This document shows positions 16,622 to 25,041 of a DNA stretch of 45,130 nucleotides, piece by piece. The notes below the pieces were generated by a model. That model saw only the letters and a list, made by a program, of their open reading frames with translations. It ran no database searches and had not been told where the DNA came from. Position 1 is the first letter of the stretch, and every line of letters begins with the position of its first letter. Both the position numbers and the translations under genes were made by a program. Origin of the DNA: a virus (taxonomy: Duplodnaviria; Caudoviricetes); IMG/VR virus record IMGVR_UViG_3300037043_000013, positions 1 through 45,130 of that record, one strand, 5' to 3'.

Positions 16622-17347
16622 CTATACTCCGATGCGATCCCGGGCATTGTCTAGGGCCGGTTGCGTGCCGTGGACTACCAGTGCATACGATTCTCCGCGC
16701 ATGCATGCCCGTTCTGATTCTGCCGTGGTGTAGACTGGGACGTTAGTCATAGCATCCGGCGGGATGACGATAGCGACAGGATAGCCATGCGCCACATTGT
16801 CAAAGCGTCCGCCATGCGAGACGATCAACCGCATGTTAGCGGGCAGCGTAGCACGGGACGGGAGCCAGTGCGCAACCTTAGTGTACCCGTAGAACGTGAT
16901 ACCCGGATGCTGGCGTGCTACCGCAATCCACGCGTGCAAGTACTCGCGTGTAAGGTAGTCACCAGAAGAATGGATGCGCAGCACGCGCAGTGCGGGATAC
17001 TCAGCCAGCATGCTAGTCAACATGCGCACCATGGCGGGCACGTCTCGCATGATAGGCCTAATCATGTCCAGATTGTGCCATCGGAAAGCGCGTACGGTAG
17101 GGTGGACCGCTTCGCCAGACGCGGCATAGCAGCGGAAGCGGGCATGCGGACCGTCGGACAGGTGGCCAGTCTGGCGATCAGCACGCGCCATGCATTCGTT
17201 TGCTGCCGGGCATGTCCAACCGGCGGGCAGGTCAAAGCTGCCTACAGCGGACCGCGGGACGCGTAAGCGGCGGGCAAGGTCGGCTAGCTTGGAATTGCCA
17301 AATGCTATCTCGGGCAGGTCAGTCCACGGGCGGGTACGGGCGGGCAT
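16622..17347 (-). CDS. GP88-family (radical-SAM-like) phage protein
   Basis: GNSKL…SFDLPAG.TCP.A..C…CYA…RIHSSGD…YGYTK. Confidence 0.8.
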   Translation of the reverse strand: MPARTRPWTDLPEIAFGNSKLADLARRLRVPRSAVGSFDLPAGWTCPAANECMARADRQTGHLSDGPHARFRCYAASGEAVHPTVRAFRWHNLDMIRPIMRDVPAMVRMLTSMLAEYPALRVLRIHSSGDYLTREYLHAWIAVARQHPGITFYGYTKVAHWLPSRATLPANMRLIVSHGGRFDNVAHGYPVAIVIPPDAMTNVPVYTTAESERACMRGESYALVVHGTQPALDNARDRIGV

Positions 17348-17420
17348 TGTCTACTCCAGTCTACGGCGGGCGGTATGCCCGGGCTCGCGGACGTGGTAGG
17401 GAATGTAAGACATTGTATCC

Positions 17421-17630
17421 TCAGTGCGCCAGGCACTTGGGGCAGTACACGGGCGCTTTCTTGGTCTTGAGGACATAGCCCGAGTCAATCGATGCGGCGG
17501 GTACGAGGTCCTGTATCCACTGAGTAGGGCGATAGCCGCACGTAGCTCTAGGGCGCAGGTCCGGAGTCAGTAGATCGTACTCGTGGGCGGTCTTGGATTG
17601 CGGCGTGCACATGAAGGCTTTGGCGGTCAT
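17421..17630 (-). CDS. Small hypothetical protein, first gene of leftward arm
   Basis: GGAGG SD; CPKC. Confidence 0.55.
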   Translation of the reverse strand: MTAKAFMCTPQSKTAHEYDLLTPDLRPRATCGYRPTQWIQDLVPAASIDSGYVLKTKKAPVYCPKCLAH

Positions 17631-17654
17631 TGTATCCTCCCGTGTTGTGCCTAC

Positions 17655-17697
17655 ATGATAGCCACTAACCGTCAGTAAGGCACGTAACGAATGTCAC
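17655..17697 (-). promoter_or_regulatory. Putative activator-dependent promoter
   Basis: -10 TATCAT (17660-17655); box GTAA-N6-TCAC 17684-17697 at same offset as the 16257 promoter. Confidence 0.5.
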
Positions 17698-17719
17698 CTA
17701 TCGCGCCATGACATTAGCT

Positions 17720-18300
17720 TGACATATGAGCGGGACGGCCGGCGGCAGGTTCATACCGGCCTAGCCGCGGCTGGCATGCTACCGGCAGGATTGCCGCCGG
17801 GCGGGCTGCTGGGCTCGATCTACTGCGCGCCCAGACGCCTCGGGGGCTCGGACCTAGCTACAAGTCCCTGGCAAGGTCCTGGGGGTTCTCATCAGGGAGA
17901 GTAAGCATCGGGGGCCGGCAGGCTGGCGGGCGGGCAGGCAGCGGGCAGGCAAGGCGGCGGGCAGGCGGGCGATCAGGCGGCGCTGGGGCAGCCCGCCACT
18001 ACTCGCGGGCAGCAGGCATGCAGGCTCCCGTGCTGCCCGTCGGCTAGCCGTCGGCGCAGGCAGGCTAGCGGCTGGCGCATGCTGCCGGCATGACAGCGGC
18101 TAGCCGACGGGCCTGCCGCTGCGCGGGCATGCGGGCAGGTCGGCAGCATGCGGGCGGCTAGCATGCGGGCATGCATGCGGGCACGCTGTAGGCTGTGGGC
18201 AGGCTGTGGGCTGGGGAGCAGAGAGAGAGAATGTATGAGAAAGCGCCCGCCCGTACGTCGGTGTGTACGTTGGCGGGCAGGTGGGGGGTTACTACCTCGG
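17720..18300. other. Low-complexity G-rich non-coding region (candidate genome end or origin)
   Basis: Runs of GGCA/GGCG, GCATGC and CTAG; no credible ORF; lies between divergent arms. Confidence 0.45.
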
Positions 18301-18495
18301 AATCTTGCGAGGCAAATGGTACCAACTGGTGGTCAGCCGAACCCCGCAACCCGGTAGTCTGTTTTCCCGTGCTACCGCCGACGCCGGCACGGCAACCGAT
18401 CGCCGTCAGCCGTGGTCGCAGGATGCCGCCAGCGGGCGGCCGGCGGACTTGCGTGCGGGGGTGGTGTCGTGGTAGGATTGTGGGCGGAGGCGCAT

Positions 18496-18945
18496 ATGAC
18501 CCACAAGAACCCAGAGGATGCGAAGGCATACGCCCGCAGATACTACGAGGCCTACAGGGAGGAGCGGAGGGAGTACGACCGCAGCCGACCAAAGCGCGAC
18601 TGGGACTATGAGTACAGCCGTGTGTACCGGCACAAGCGCCGGGCCGAGGTCCTGATCCACTACGGGGGAAGGTGCGCCTGCTGCGGCGAGGATCGCTACG
18701 AGTTCTTGGCGATCGACCACATCAACGGAGGCGGGAACAGGGAGCGCAAAGAGCTTGGGGCCAAGGAGGCCGGCAGCGAACTGTGGCTCAGGCTCAAGCG
18801 GCTCGGCTACCCAGACGGCTTCCGTGTCCTCTGCCACAACTGCAACAACGCCATCGCCCACTACGGCCGTTGCGCCCACGAGCATACGGCCGGCCCGCCT
18901 GCTCACGTTCTCGCCGGCAGCCTGCCGCTTTCCGTCCCCCGCTAA
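18496..18945 (+). CDS. HNH endonuclease
   Basis: YGGRCACCGE…LAIDHINGGG…VLCHNCN; GGAGG SD; TGGTAGGAT -10 upstream. Confidence 0.85.
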   Translation: MTHKNPEDAKAYARRYYEAYREERREYDRSRPKRDWDYEYSRVYRHKRRAEVLIHYGGRCACCGEDRYEFLAIDHINGGGNRERKELGAKEAGSELWLRLKRLGYPDGFRVLCHNCNNAIAHYGRCAHEHTAGPPAHVLAGSLPLSVPR

Positions 18946-18977
18946 CAAACAGCCCGCCGACGGGGCTGTCGGCGGGC
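18944..18977 (-). terminator. Intrinsic terminator
   Basis: Minus strand GCCCGCCGAC-AGCCCC-GTCGGCGGGC-TGTTTGTT. Confidence 0.75.
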
Positions 18978-19089
18978 GTACCGCTCGCCCGAAGGCGGCG
19001 GGGGATGCCGGCCGGCTGGCCCGCAGGGGGCCAAGCGGGGGTATACGGCCGGCGGGTTGGCGGGCTGTCAGGTCGCTGCTATGCCCGCC
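18944..19089 (-). ncRNA. Candidate ~145-nt sRNA with own promoter and terminator
   Basis: Promoter 19096-19124(-); four stem-loops including a UUCG tetraloop; terminator hairpin with U-rich tail. Confidence 0.7.
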
Positions 19090-19095
19090 AAGACA

Positions 19096-19124
19096 ATCCT
19101 ACCACAGAAGCCGCATCCTGTCAA
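19096..19124 (-). promoter_or_regulatory. Sigma70-type promoter (leftward)
   Basis: Minus strand cccTTGACAggatgcggcttctgtggTAGGATtgtc, a close match to the 980 promoter. Confidence 0.8.
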
Positions 19125-19185
19125 GGGCGTTGCGCAAAGCGAGCAACGGGGCCGGTTTACACAACAGGCGTAGTGGATGGCGCAC

Positions 19186-19214
19186 TTGACAGAAACGCGA
19201 ATGTGTGGTAGACT
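19186..19214 (+). promoter_or_regulatory. Promoter of morphogenesis arm
   Basis: TTGACA-17bp-TAGACT with downstream TGTAGACA. Confidence 0.8.
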
Positions 19215-19247
19215 TGTCTTGTAGACATAAGACGCAGGAGGGACTGA

Positions 19248-19334
19248 GTGGACGAAACCGGGAAGACGGTCTACTGGGGTGCGATCCTGCTGGCCGCCGC
19301 TGTTGCGTTCTACTTCCTGAACGCCAGTGGCTGA
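19248..19334 (+). CDS. 28-aa TM peptide (not in ORF track)
   Basis: AGGAGG SD; MDETGKTVYWGAILLAAAVAFYFLNASG*. Confidence 0.45.
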   Translation: MDETGKTVYWGAILLAAAVAFYFLNASG

Positions 19335-19788
19335 CCACCAGACGCTAACCCGAGACGAGAAGGGCAAGATCACCGGCGGCACGCTGTCGCACGAGCGGGC
19401 CGTCGAGCTTGCTCGCAAGGCGGTCGAGAAGCGCAACAGCGGCCGCACCGACCGGGCTGCAAAGCTGCTGCAAGAACTGGGTAGCTTGGAGTGGGACGAA
19501 GCCGATGAGTCGCTAAAGACCCTAGCTGTACAAGCCGTTGACGGCGGAGCCGGAAGTGTCACGGCTCATCGGCTTCTTCTCCAACGCCTCGGGAAACTCC
19601 AAGAAGCCAAAAAGGGTTCGGGCGTCGAAGACTGGGATCCCGAAGGTGGAGAACCCTGCCCGACCTGCGGCGGCGTACGGATTGCCCTGCTGATAAGCGA
19701 GGACGGCAAACGCCGACTCGATAGTTTGATGGACGACCCCGAAGACGCACTCGATCTGGAGGAAGACGCCGATGCCGACGATCTATAA
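19327..19788 (+). CDS. Putative terminase small subunit
   Basis: RDEKGK N-terminal motif, helical body, first large gene of late arm; inference only. Confidence 0.45.
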   Translation: MADHQTLTRDEKGKITGGTLSHERAVELARKAVEKRNSGRTDRAAKLLQELGSLEWDEADESLKTLAVQAVDGGAGSVTAHRLLLQRLGKLQEAKKGSGVEDWDPEGGEPCPTCGGVRIALLISEDGKRRLDSLMDDPEDALDLEEDADADDL

Positions 19789-19984
19789 GCGCGGCCGCCT
19801 GCGAGCCGACAAGATCGCCTACAAGGACGGCGTCGGCATCTGCATGTGGTTCCTGCTGGCCAGCGCAGACGGTGAAGACGAAGACTGCGGCCTGTGCTGG
19901 GACATCGCCGGCTCGGACCTCGACGACCTCATCAACCTGCTGCTCGACATAAGAGAGGCCGAGGCCGAACCGCTGGAGGAGTGA
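19772..19984 (+). CDS. Hypothetical protein
   Basis: GGAGG SD, operon packing. Confidence 0.55.
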   Translation: MPTIYKRGRLRADKIAYKDGVGICMWFLLASADGEDEDCGLCWDIAGSDLDDLINLLLDIREAEAEPLEE

Positions 19985-20085
19985 TGGCTTGGGCGCTGAT
20001 CGCCTTCGCATTCCTGTTCCTCGCCATGTTCTTCGTGTGGTCGCTCTGCGTTGTGGCCGGGAGGGCCGATGACTGGTTCAAGTGA
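19984..20085 (+). CDS. Small TM peptide
   Basis: MAWALIAFAFLFLAMFFVWSLCVVAGRADD; TGATG overlap. Confidence 0.55.
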   Translation: MAWALIAFAFLFLAMFFVWSLCVVAGRADDWFK

Positions 20086-20086
20086 A

Positions 20087-20269
20087 ATGGAAGACAACGC
20101 TAACATCGTTGGCAAGGCATTCAAGGCCCTGGAAGAGATGAGCAAGACCGAGGGCTTCGCCCTCACCGAGGACACCTACACCGCCCGTATCCCGGGGAAG
20201 ATGCTGGGGTCGTGGTACGAGATCCTGCACGCCCTCCTGTTCAAGTTCCGATCGCAGACCGACCTGTGA
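20087..20269 (+). CDS. Hypothetical protein
   Basis: MEDNANIVGK…; follows previous stop. Confidence 0.5.
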   Translation: MEDNANIVGKAFKALEEMSKTEGFALTEDTYTARIPGKMLGSWYEILHALLFKFRSQTDL

Positions 20270-20348
20270 TAAAGGACGACCTGAGCGTCCTCTACCGAGG
20301 CGGGGCCAAGGGAACGGGCGATCACTGCCCGCATCAGGACCTGTGGCT

Positions 20349-21062
20349 ATGAGGGCTTTTCTCGTGGGCAACGGCCCCTCGCTGTCCCACGCGGACCTCG
20401 ACCTGATCGAGCACGAAGACTCGTTCGGGATGAACCGCATCCACCTGATGTACCCGAAGACCGAGTGGCGGCCGACGTACTTCATGTGGTCCGACCTCCC
20501 GCAGCGGGAGGACGACTTCCATGCCCTGATGACGCACGTCACGTCCGGGGAAGAGTGCTACATCCGAGAGGACATCGTCGAGCTTCTTCAGGGCAAGTGG
20601 CATGCACATCCCAAAGTGTGGCTTGAGTTTGTGCCCACATGGGTCCACCCGTGGAAGTTCCACCTTGAGCACCTGTGCGCCGCCCCCGGCGACGCCAACT
20701 GGCCCGCCAAGTGGTGCGTCCCCGAGGAGCCGGACACGCTCTGCAAGCTGGGGACCGGCATGGGGCCCATGATGCAGCAGGCTATCAAGATGGGCTACAC
20801 CGAACTGTACCTGCTTGGGTGCGACTTGGACTGGCACCCCCTCCTGAGCGAGGGCGACAGCAACCACTTCAGCAAGGAGTACGAGGCCTTCCTAGAGATC
20901 CACACCGAGGACCGGGCGAAGTACAACAACGAGCTTGGCCGCCAGATGCACGAACTGGCCTACGAGTGGTGCAAGGCCAACGGCATCTGGGTCTGGAATG
21001 CCACGCCCGGCGGCACGCTGGAGGTCTACCCAAGGGTCAGCCTGTGCGATGTTTTGTCGTAG
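20349..21062 (+). CDS. DUF115/Maf-like (sialyltransferase-fold) glycosyltransferase 1
   Basis: FLVGNGPSL, FGMNRI, MGYTELYLLGCD, NHF, NATPGG.L. Confidence 0.8.
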   Translation: MRAFLVGNGPSLSHADLDLIEHEDSFGMNRIHLMYPKTEWRPTYFMWSDLPQREDDFHALMTHVTSGEECYIREDIVELLQGKWHAHPKVWLEFVPTWVHPWKFHLEHLCAAPGDANWPAKWCVPEEPDTLCKLGTGMGPMMQQAIKMGYTELYLLGCDLDWHPLLSEGDSNHFSKEYEAFLEIHTEDRAKYNNELGRQMHELAYEWCKANGIWVWNATPGGTLEVYPRVSLCDVLS

Positions 21063-21733
21063 GCAACGGGCCCTCGCTGGCTGACACCAACTTGGACCTG
21101 CTGGCCGGCGAGACGACCTTCGGGCTCAACCAGTGCCATCTGATCTACCCGCACACGACGTGGCGGCCCACGCACTGGGTGTGCGTGGACAGGGACCTAC
21201 AGATCCCGATCGACGAGTGGGCGAGCCTGTTCCTCCTGCACGAAGAGCAGGGGTACCGGTGTCACATCGCACCCCGCCACTTCACCCGCCTACAGGCCCT
21301 CGGCATCCCGCCGGACGACCTGCGCCGCCGGTTCGACATCCTGCCGCTCTGCATGCGGCACGGCGTACGGGTCGGCCACCGGGAGTGGTGGCCGGATAGC
21401 TGGCACCTGCCGGAACTCTGCGTCTTCGGAGGTAGCGGGCTGACGGCAATCCAGCTTGCGGTGACGATGGGCTACGACGAGATCTACGTGGTCGGCATGG
21501 ACGTCGACTACGAGCCCGGGAAGAACAACCACTTCTCGGAGGACTACTTCAACTTCCGCCCCTACGACCCTGAGTGGGCCCAGTATCTGGCCGAGGCGCA
21601 AGCCTACGCCCACGGGCTTGCATGGCGGGAGTGCCTCGGCCGCGGCGTCACGATCGCCAACGCCGGCGTCGGCGGCAAACTGGAGGCGTACCCAAGATGC
21701 GAGCTTGGATCGTTGGTAACGGCCCGAGCCTGA
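21044..21733 (+). CDS. DUF115/Maf-like glycosyltransferase 2
   Basis: FVVGNGPSL, FGLN, MGYDEIYVVGMD, NHF, NAGVGG.L. Confidence 0.8.
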   Translation: MRCFVVGNGPSLADTNLDLLAGETTFGLNQCHLIYPHTTWRPTHWVCVDRDLQIPIDEWASLFLLHEEQGYRCHIAPRHFTRLQALGIPPDDLRRRFDILPLCMRHGVRVGHREWWPDSWHLPELCVFGGSGLTAIQLAVTMGYDEIYVVGMDVDYEPGKNNHFSEDYFNFRPYDPEWAQYLAEAQAYAHGLAWRECLGRGVTIANAGVGGKLEAYPRCELGSLVTARA

Positions 21734-22368
21734 ACAAACTTCCGCTGGACCGGCTGGAGAACGAGGTGACGTTCGGCGTCAACCGGATCCACCTGCTCTA
21801 CCACCGGACGACTTGGCGGCCGACCCACTGGGTGCTGGCTGACCGGTCGAAGGCACCGTTCTACGTCGACGACATCCTGCTGCACGTCAACATGCGGGAG
21901 GACTGCTGGGTGCGGCAGGACTTCTACGACGACATGGTGGCCAAGAAGGGCGAGGTCTTCGGCAACGTCCACCTGTACCCGAACTGCACGCACGTCGACG
22001 CCAGCCGCAACCCGTCGCCGGGCTGGCACGAGCCGGAGTACTGCATCTTCGGCGGCAGCGTGCCGACGGCAATCCAGATCGCCGCCCGGCTGGGGTACAA
22101 CGACCTGTACGTCATCGGCTGCGACCTCGGCTACAAGGGCAACGAGGTCAACCACTTCGACCCCGAGTACATGCCCGTCGACAACCGCAAGGTGCAGCAG
22201 GCGAGGCTCCAGAACCAGACGCTCCAGATGGCCCACGAGTTGGCCTACCGGGAGTGCCGGCTGCGAGGCATCCGCATCTACAACGCAGGCGTGGGCGGGG
22301 AGCTTACGGCCTACCCACGTGTGGACTTCGAGGACGTGCTGAGTGACAGCAAAACGGGTCGTGACTAA
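21697..22368 (+). CDS. DUF115/Maf-like glycosyltransferase 3
   Basis: WIVGNGPSL, FGVNRI, LGYNDLYVIGCD, NHF, NAGVGG.L. Confidence 0.8.
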   Translation: MRAWIVGNGPSLNKLPLDRLENEVTFGVNRIHLLYHRTTWRPTHWVLADRSKAPFYVDDILLHVNMREDCWVRQDFYDDMVAKKGEVFGNVHLYPNCTHVDASRNPSPGWHEPEYCIFGGSVPTAIQIAARLGYNDLYVIGCDLGYKGNEVNHFDPEYMPVDNRKVQQARLQNQTLQMAHELAYRECRLRGIRIYNAGVGGELTAYPRVDFEDVLSDSKTGRD

Positions 22369-22450
22369 CCGGATCATTATGACGGACCCGAGGGTCAAGC
22401 GCAAGCGCCCGAAGAGACGGGTTGTACACAAGAAGCAAAGGAGATAAGAG

Positions 22451-22819
22451 ATGGCCAAGATTGTACATGACAGTGTTCTTGATGGTGCGTTGAACATCCT
22501 CAAGAACGGGGCTACCCTGATGGTTGTCTGCTCGACGCAGCCGACTACAAGAGCGGAGGCCGTGACCACATACGCCCTTGCGGACGTGGCCATGTCCCCG
22601 ACGGACTTCACCGTGGCCAACGGGGATACCTCGGGGCGCAAGGTGACGGTGTCGGCCAAGAGCGCCGTCCCGGTTGACGCCACGGGGAACGCCCAGCACA
22701 TCGCCTTGGTGGACGGGACGAACTTGCTGTATGTGACCACCTGTACGCCCCAGACCTTGACGGCTGGGAACACGGTGGACATCCCCGTTTGGGATATTGA
22801 GATCGCGGACCCGGCGTAA
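22451..22819 (+). CDS. Virion structural protein (beta-rich)
   Basis: Thr/Val/Ala-rich; ends WDIEIADP; AGGAG SD. Confidence 0.6.
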   Translation: MAKIVHDSVLDGALNILKNGATLMVVCSTQPTTRAEAVTTYALADVAMSPTDFTVANGDTSGRKVTVSAKSAVPVDATGNAQHIALVDGTNLLYVTTCTPQTLTAGNTVDIPVWDIEIADPA

Positions 22820-22820
22820 C

Positions 22821-23783
22821 ATGATCCTCCTAACAAGCACCTCGGACAAGGTTCAGGTCATCACCGGGCAGGCCGTCACGGTATCTGTCCACGCGTCCTG
22901 GGTGGACTACAACGGGACGGCGGTCACTCCGGGCAGGCTGAACACGGCCATCTCCACGGCTACGACGACGGATGTTGTGTCCTCGCCGGGGTCGGGCGTC
23001 CAGAGGAACCTCAAGACGCTTTCCGTGCGGAACAAGCACGCCAGTTCTTCGGTGACGGTGACGATCCAGCACACGGACGGAAGCACGGTCATCGAGTTGG
23101 ACAAGCGGCTATTGGGGCCGGGGGCGTCCATTCTGTACGACGAGGGGCAGGGCTTTGTCCCGCTGTCGTCTGGAGTGGTGGCGGCCCATCCGTGGGACGG
23201 GAAGATCATCGCCGCGTTCAACGGCGGCGACCCGGTTCACGCCATGCGGCACATCCAGAGGGCTAGCAACATCGCCCCCACCCCAACGAACATCACCGCA
23301 ACGGTTGCCCGCTGCTCGGCCTTCCGACTGGATGCGGACATCACGGTGAACACCATCCGGTTCTACGGTGTGGGCGCGACGACGAACATCTACACCTGCG
23401 CCATCTACCGATACTCCGACCTCGAAAGACTCACCGCGTCCCTGACGTTCTCGACCGCTGCAAACGCATGGGGCGTCGCCGGATCGGGACTTGGCCTTGC
23501 CCTCTCGGCGGGCGTCATCTACTTCATCGCCTGCTCGGTCAATACGACTGGCACAACCGCTGGCATTGGGGCGCTGGGAACGACCGTAGCCGCCACCACG
23601 GGGCAGATCGCCACGGCGCCCGAAGCTCTGCCGGGGAACCTCCAGATGAGCCTCGGCTACTTCTACGGCTACCGCTTCCAGTTCGCCGTGACCGCCGGGG
23701 CCATGCCCACTCCGGCAAACGCCCTTGTGGCTCAGGCCGCATGGACCGGAGGTATGCCAGCGTTCTTCTTGGATAACGCGTGA
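22821..23783 (+). CDS. Putative virion structural protein
   Basis: Thr/Ala/Gly-rich two-domain beta protein. Confidence 0.55.
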   Translation: MILLTSTSDKVQVITGQAVTVSVHASWVDYNGTAVTPGRLNTAISTATTTDVVSSPGSGVQRNLKTLSVRNKHASSSVTVTIQHTDGSTVIELDKRLLGPGASILYDEGQGFVPLSSGVVAAHPWDGKIIAAFNGGDPVHAMRHIQRASNIAPTPTNITATVARCSAFRLDADITVNTIRFYGVGATTNIYTCAIYRYSDLERLTASLTFSTAANAWGVAGSGLGLALSAGVIYFIACSVNTTGTTAGIGALGTTVAATTGQIATAPEALPGNLQMSLGYFYGYRFQFAVTAGAMPTPANALVAQAAWTGGMPAFFLDNA

Positions 23784-24649
23784 GCCTAGGACTCTGGCAC
23801 CCAGACCTAAGGGCGGAAAGCTGGTCCGACCCAGACCTGCTCATTGAGGCGTGGTTCTGGGAAGAGTTGGTTGGTCCGTCGAATGCCGGTGCCGTGCTTG
23901 TGGCGCAAGACGCCGCCCATGCCCACGCCGCAGATGGTCCGGCACTCGTCCAGAAGCATGTCTTGGCGGTTCAGGACGCCGCCCACGGCCACGCGGTAGA
24001 CAGCCCGACGCTGGGCGTCAGCGTCCTGCTGGTAGCAGCAGACGCCCTCTCTGCCCACTCGGCGGAGGGCCCGAACCTTACACAACACCATAGCCTTGTG
24101 GCACAGGACGCCACGCACGCGCACGCGGCCGAAGCGCCGACGCTGGTGCAGAACTACTTGCTGGCGGCGGCAGATGCGACTCACGCCCACGCGGCTGACA
24201 ATGCCGCGCTGACGCAGGCCCACCTGCTTGCGGCGGCTGACGCCAGCCACGAGCATGCGGCGGAAGCGCCATCGTTGGCGCAGACGCACCTGTTGGCAGT
24301 GGCCGAGGCGCTGCACTCGCACATCGCAGACAATGTGGAGGTGTCGAGTGCGATAGCCCTGATCGTAGCCAACTCGCTGTTGGGGCACTCGGCGGACGGG
24401 GCGCTTCTTGGATACCTGTACGCCATCTACGGAACGGTGAGGGACAGGGCCGGCATTCCGGTTCCGTATGCGGACGTCCGCCTGTTCAACACCAATACGA
24501 GCGCCCTAGTGTATCAGGGGCCGTCTGACACAAACGGGAGGTACAAGATCAATGTGTCAGACAACACAATCGACCACTTCTTGGTTGCGTTCTACGGCAG
24601 TAGCCCCCGCAAGGCCGGCGTCACACTCGACAGTCTGAGGGGCAAGTAG
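23780..24649 (+). CDS. His-rich 22-aa repeat fibre-like protein with C-terminal Ig-like domain
   Basis: ~8x L.A.DA.H.H.A(D/E)..; C-terminal IYGTVRD..G.PV..A.V.L…SDTNGRY. Confidence 0.65.
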   Translation: MSLGLWHPDLRAESWSDPDLLIEAWFWEELVGPSNAGAVLVAQDAAHAHAADGPALVQKHVLAVQDAAHGHAVDSPTLGVSVLLVAADALSAHSAEGPNLTQHHSLVAQDATHAHAAEAPTLVQNYLLAAADATHAHAADNAALTQAHLLAAADASHEHAAEAPSLAQTHLLAVAEALHSHIADNVEVSSAIALIVANSLLGHSADGALLGYLYAIYGTVRDRAGIPVPYADVRLFNTNTSALVYQGPSDTNGRYKINVSDNTIDHFLVAFYGSSPRKAGVTLDSLRGK

Positions 24650-25041
24650 TGGACGAAGACATCTGGATGGACGCCATGCCCGAGGGCGACGACATCGGTC
24701 TGCTGTTCGAGGACGGCTTCCTAGCGGCCCTCGCCGCTGGCGGGGTGGCGGTCGTAGGCGACATCGGCGGGGGGTACTACGGAACCCTGACTTGGGACGA
24801 GTACCAGCGCCGCAAGAAGCAGCAGGCAGACGCCCTGAATCTGGAAGTGCTGGCCCAGAACCGCATCGCCATGGGCATCGAGAGGAACTACCGGAGGGAC
24901 GTTGAGCTTGTGAGAGACAGGAACTTGGCGAAGGCGCAGGCCGTTCAGGCCATCCCAAGGCGACGGGAAGAGGAGATCCAAGCGAAGAGGATGGATAATC
25001 TCAAGAAGGCGTGGCGCGTCCAGAAGGAAGGCAAGTTGTGA
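24649..25041 (+). CDS. Hypothetical protein upstream of terminase
   Basis: Operon packing; acidic N-terminus, basic C-terminus. Confidence 0.55.
   Translation: MDEDIWMDAMPEGDDIGLLFEDGFLAALAAGGVAVVGDIGGGYYGTLTWDEYQRRKKQQADALNLEVLAQNRIAMGIERNYRRDVELVRDRNLAKAQAVQAIPRRREEEIQAKRMDNLKKAWRVQKEGKL

Noticed and set aside
17719-18611. ORFs listed across the low-complexity spacer
   Set aside because: No SD sequences, Arg/Ala/Cys-rich translations typical of non-coding GC-rich DNA
22343-22447. 34-aa basic ORF (…RVKRKRPKRRVVHKKQRR)
   Set aside because: Plausible gap filler but evidence is too weak to call
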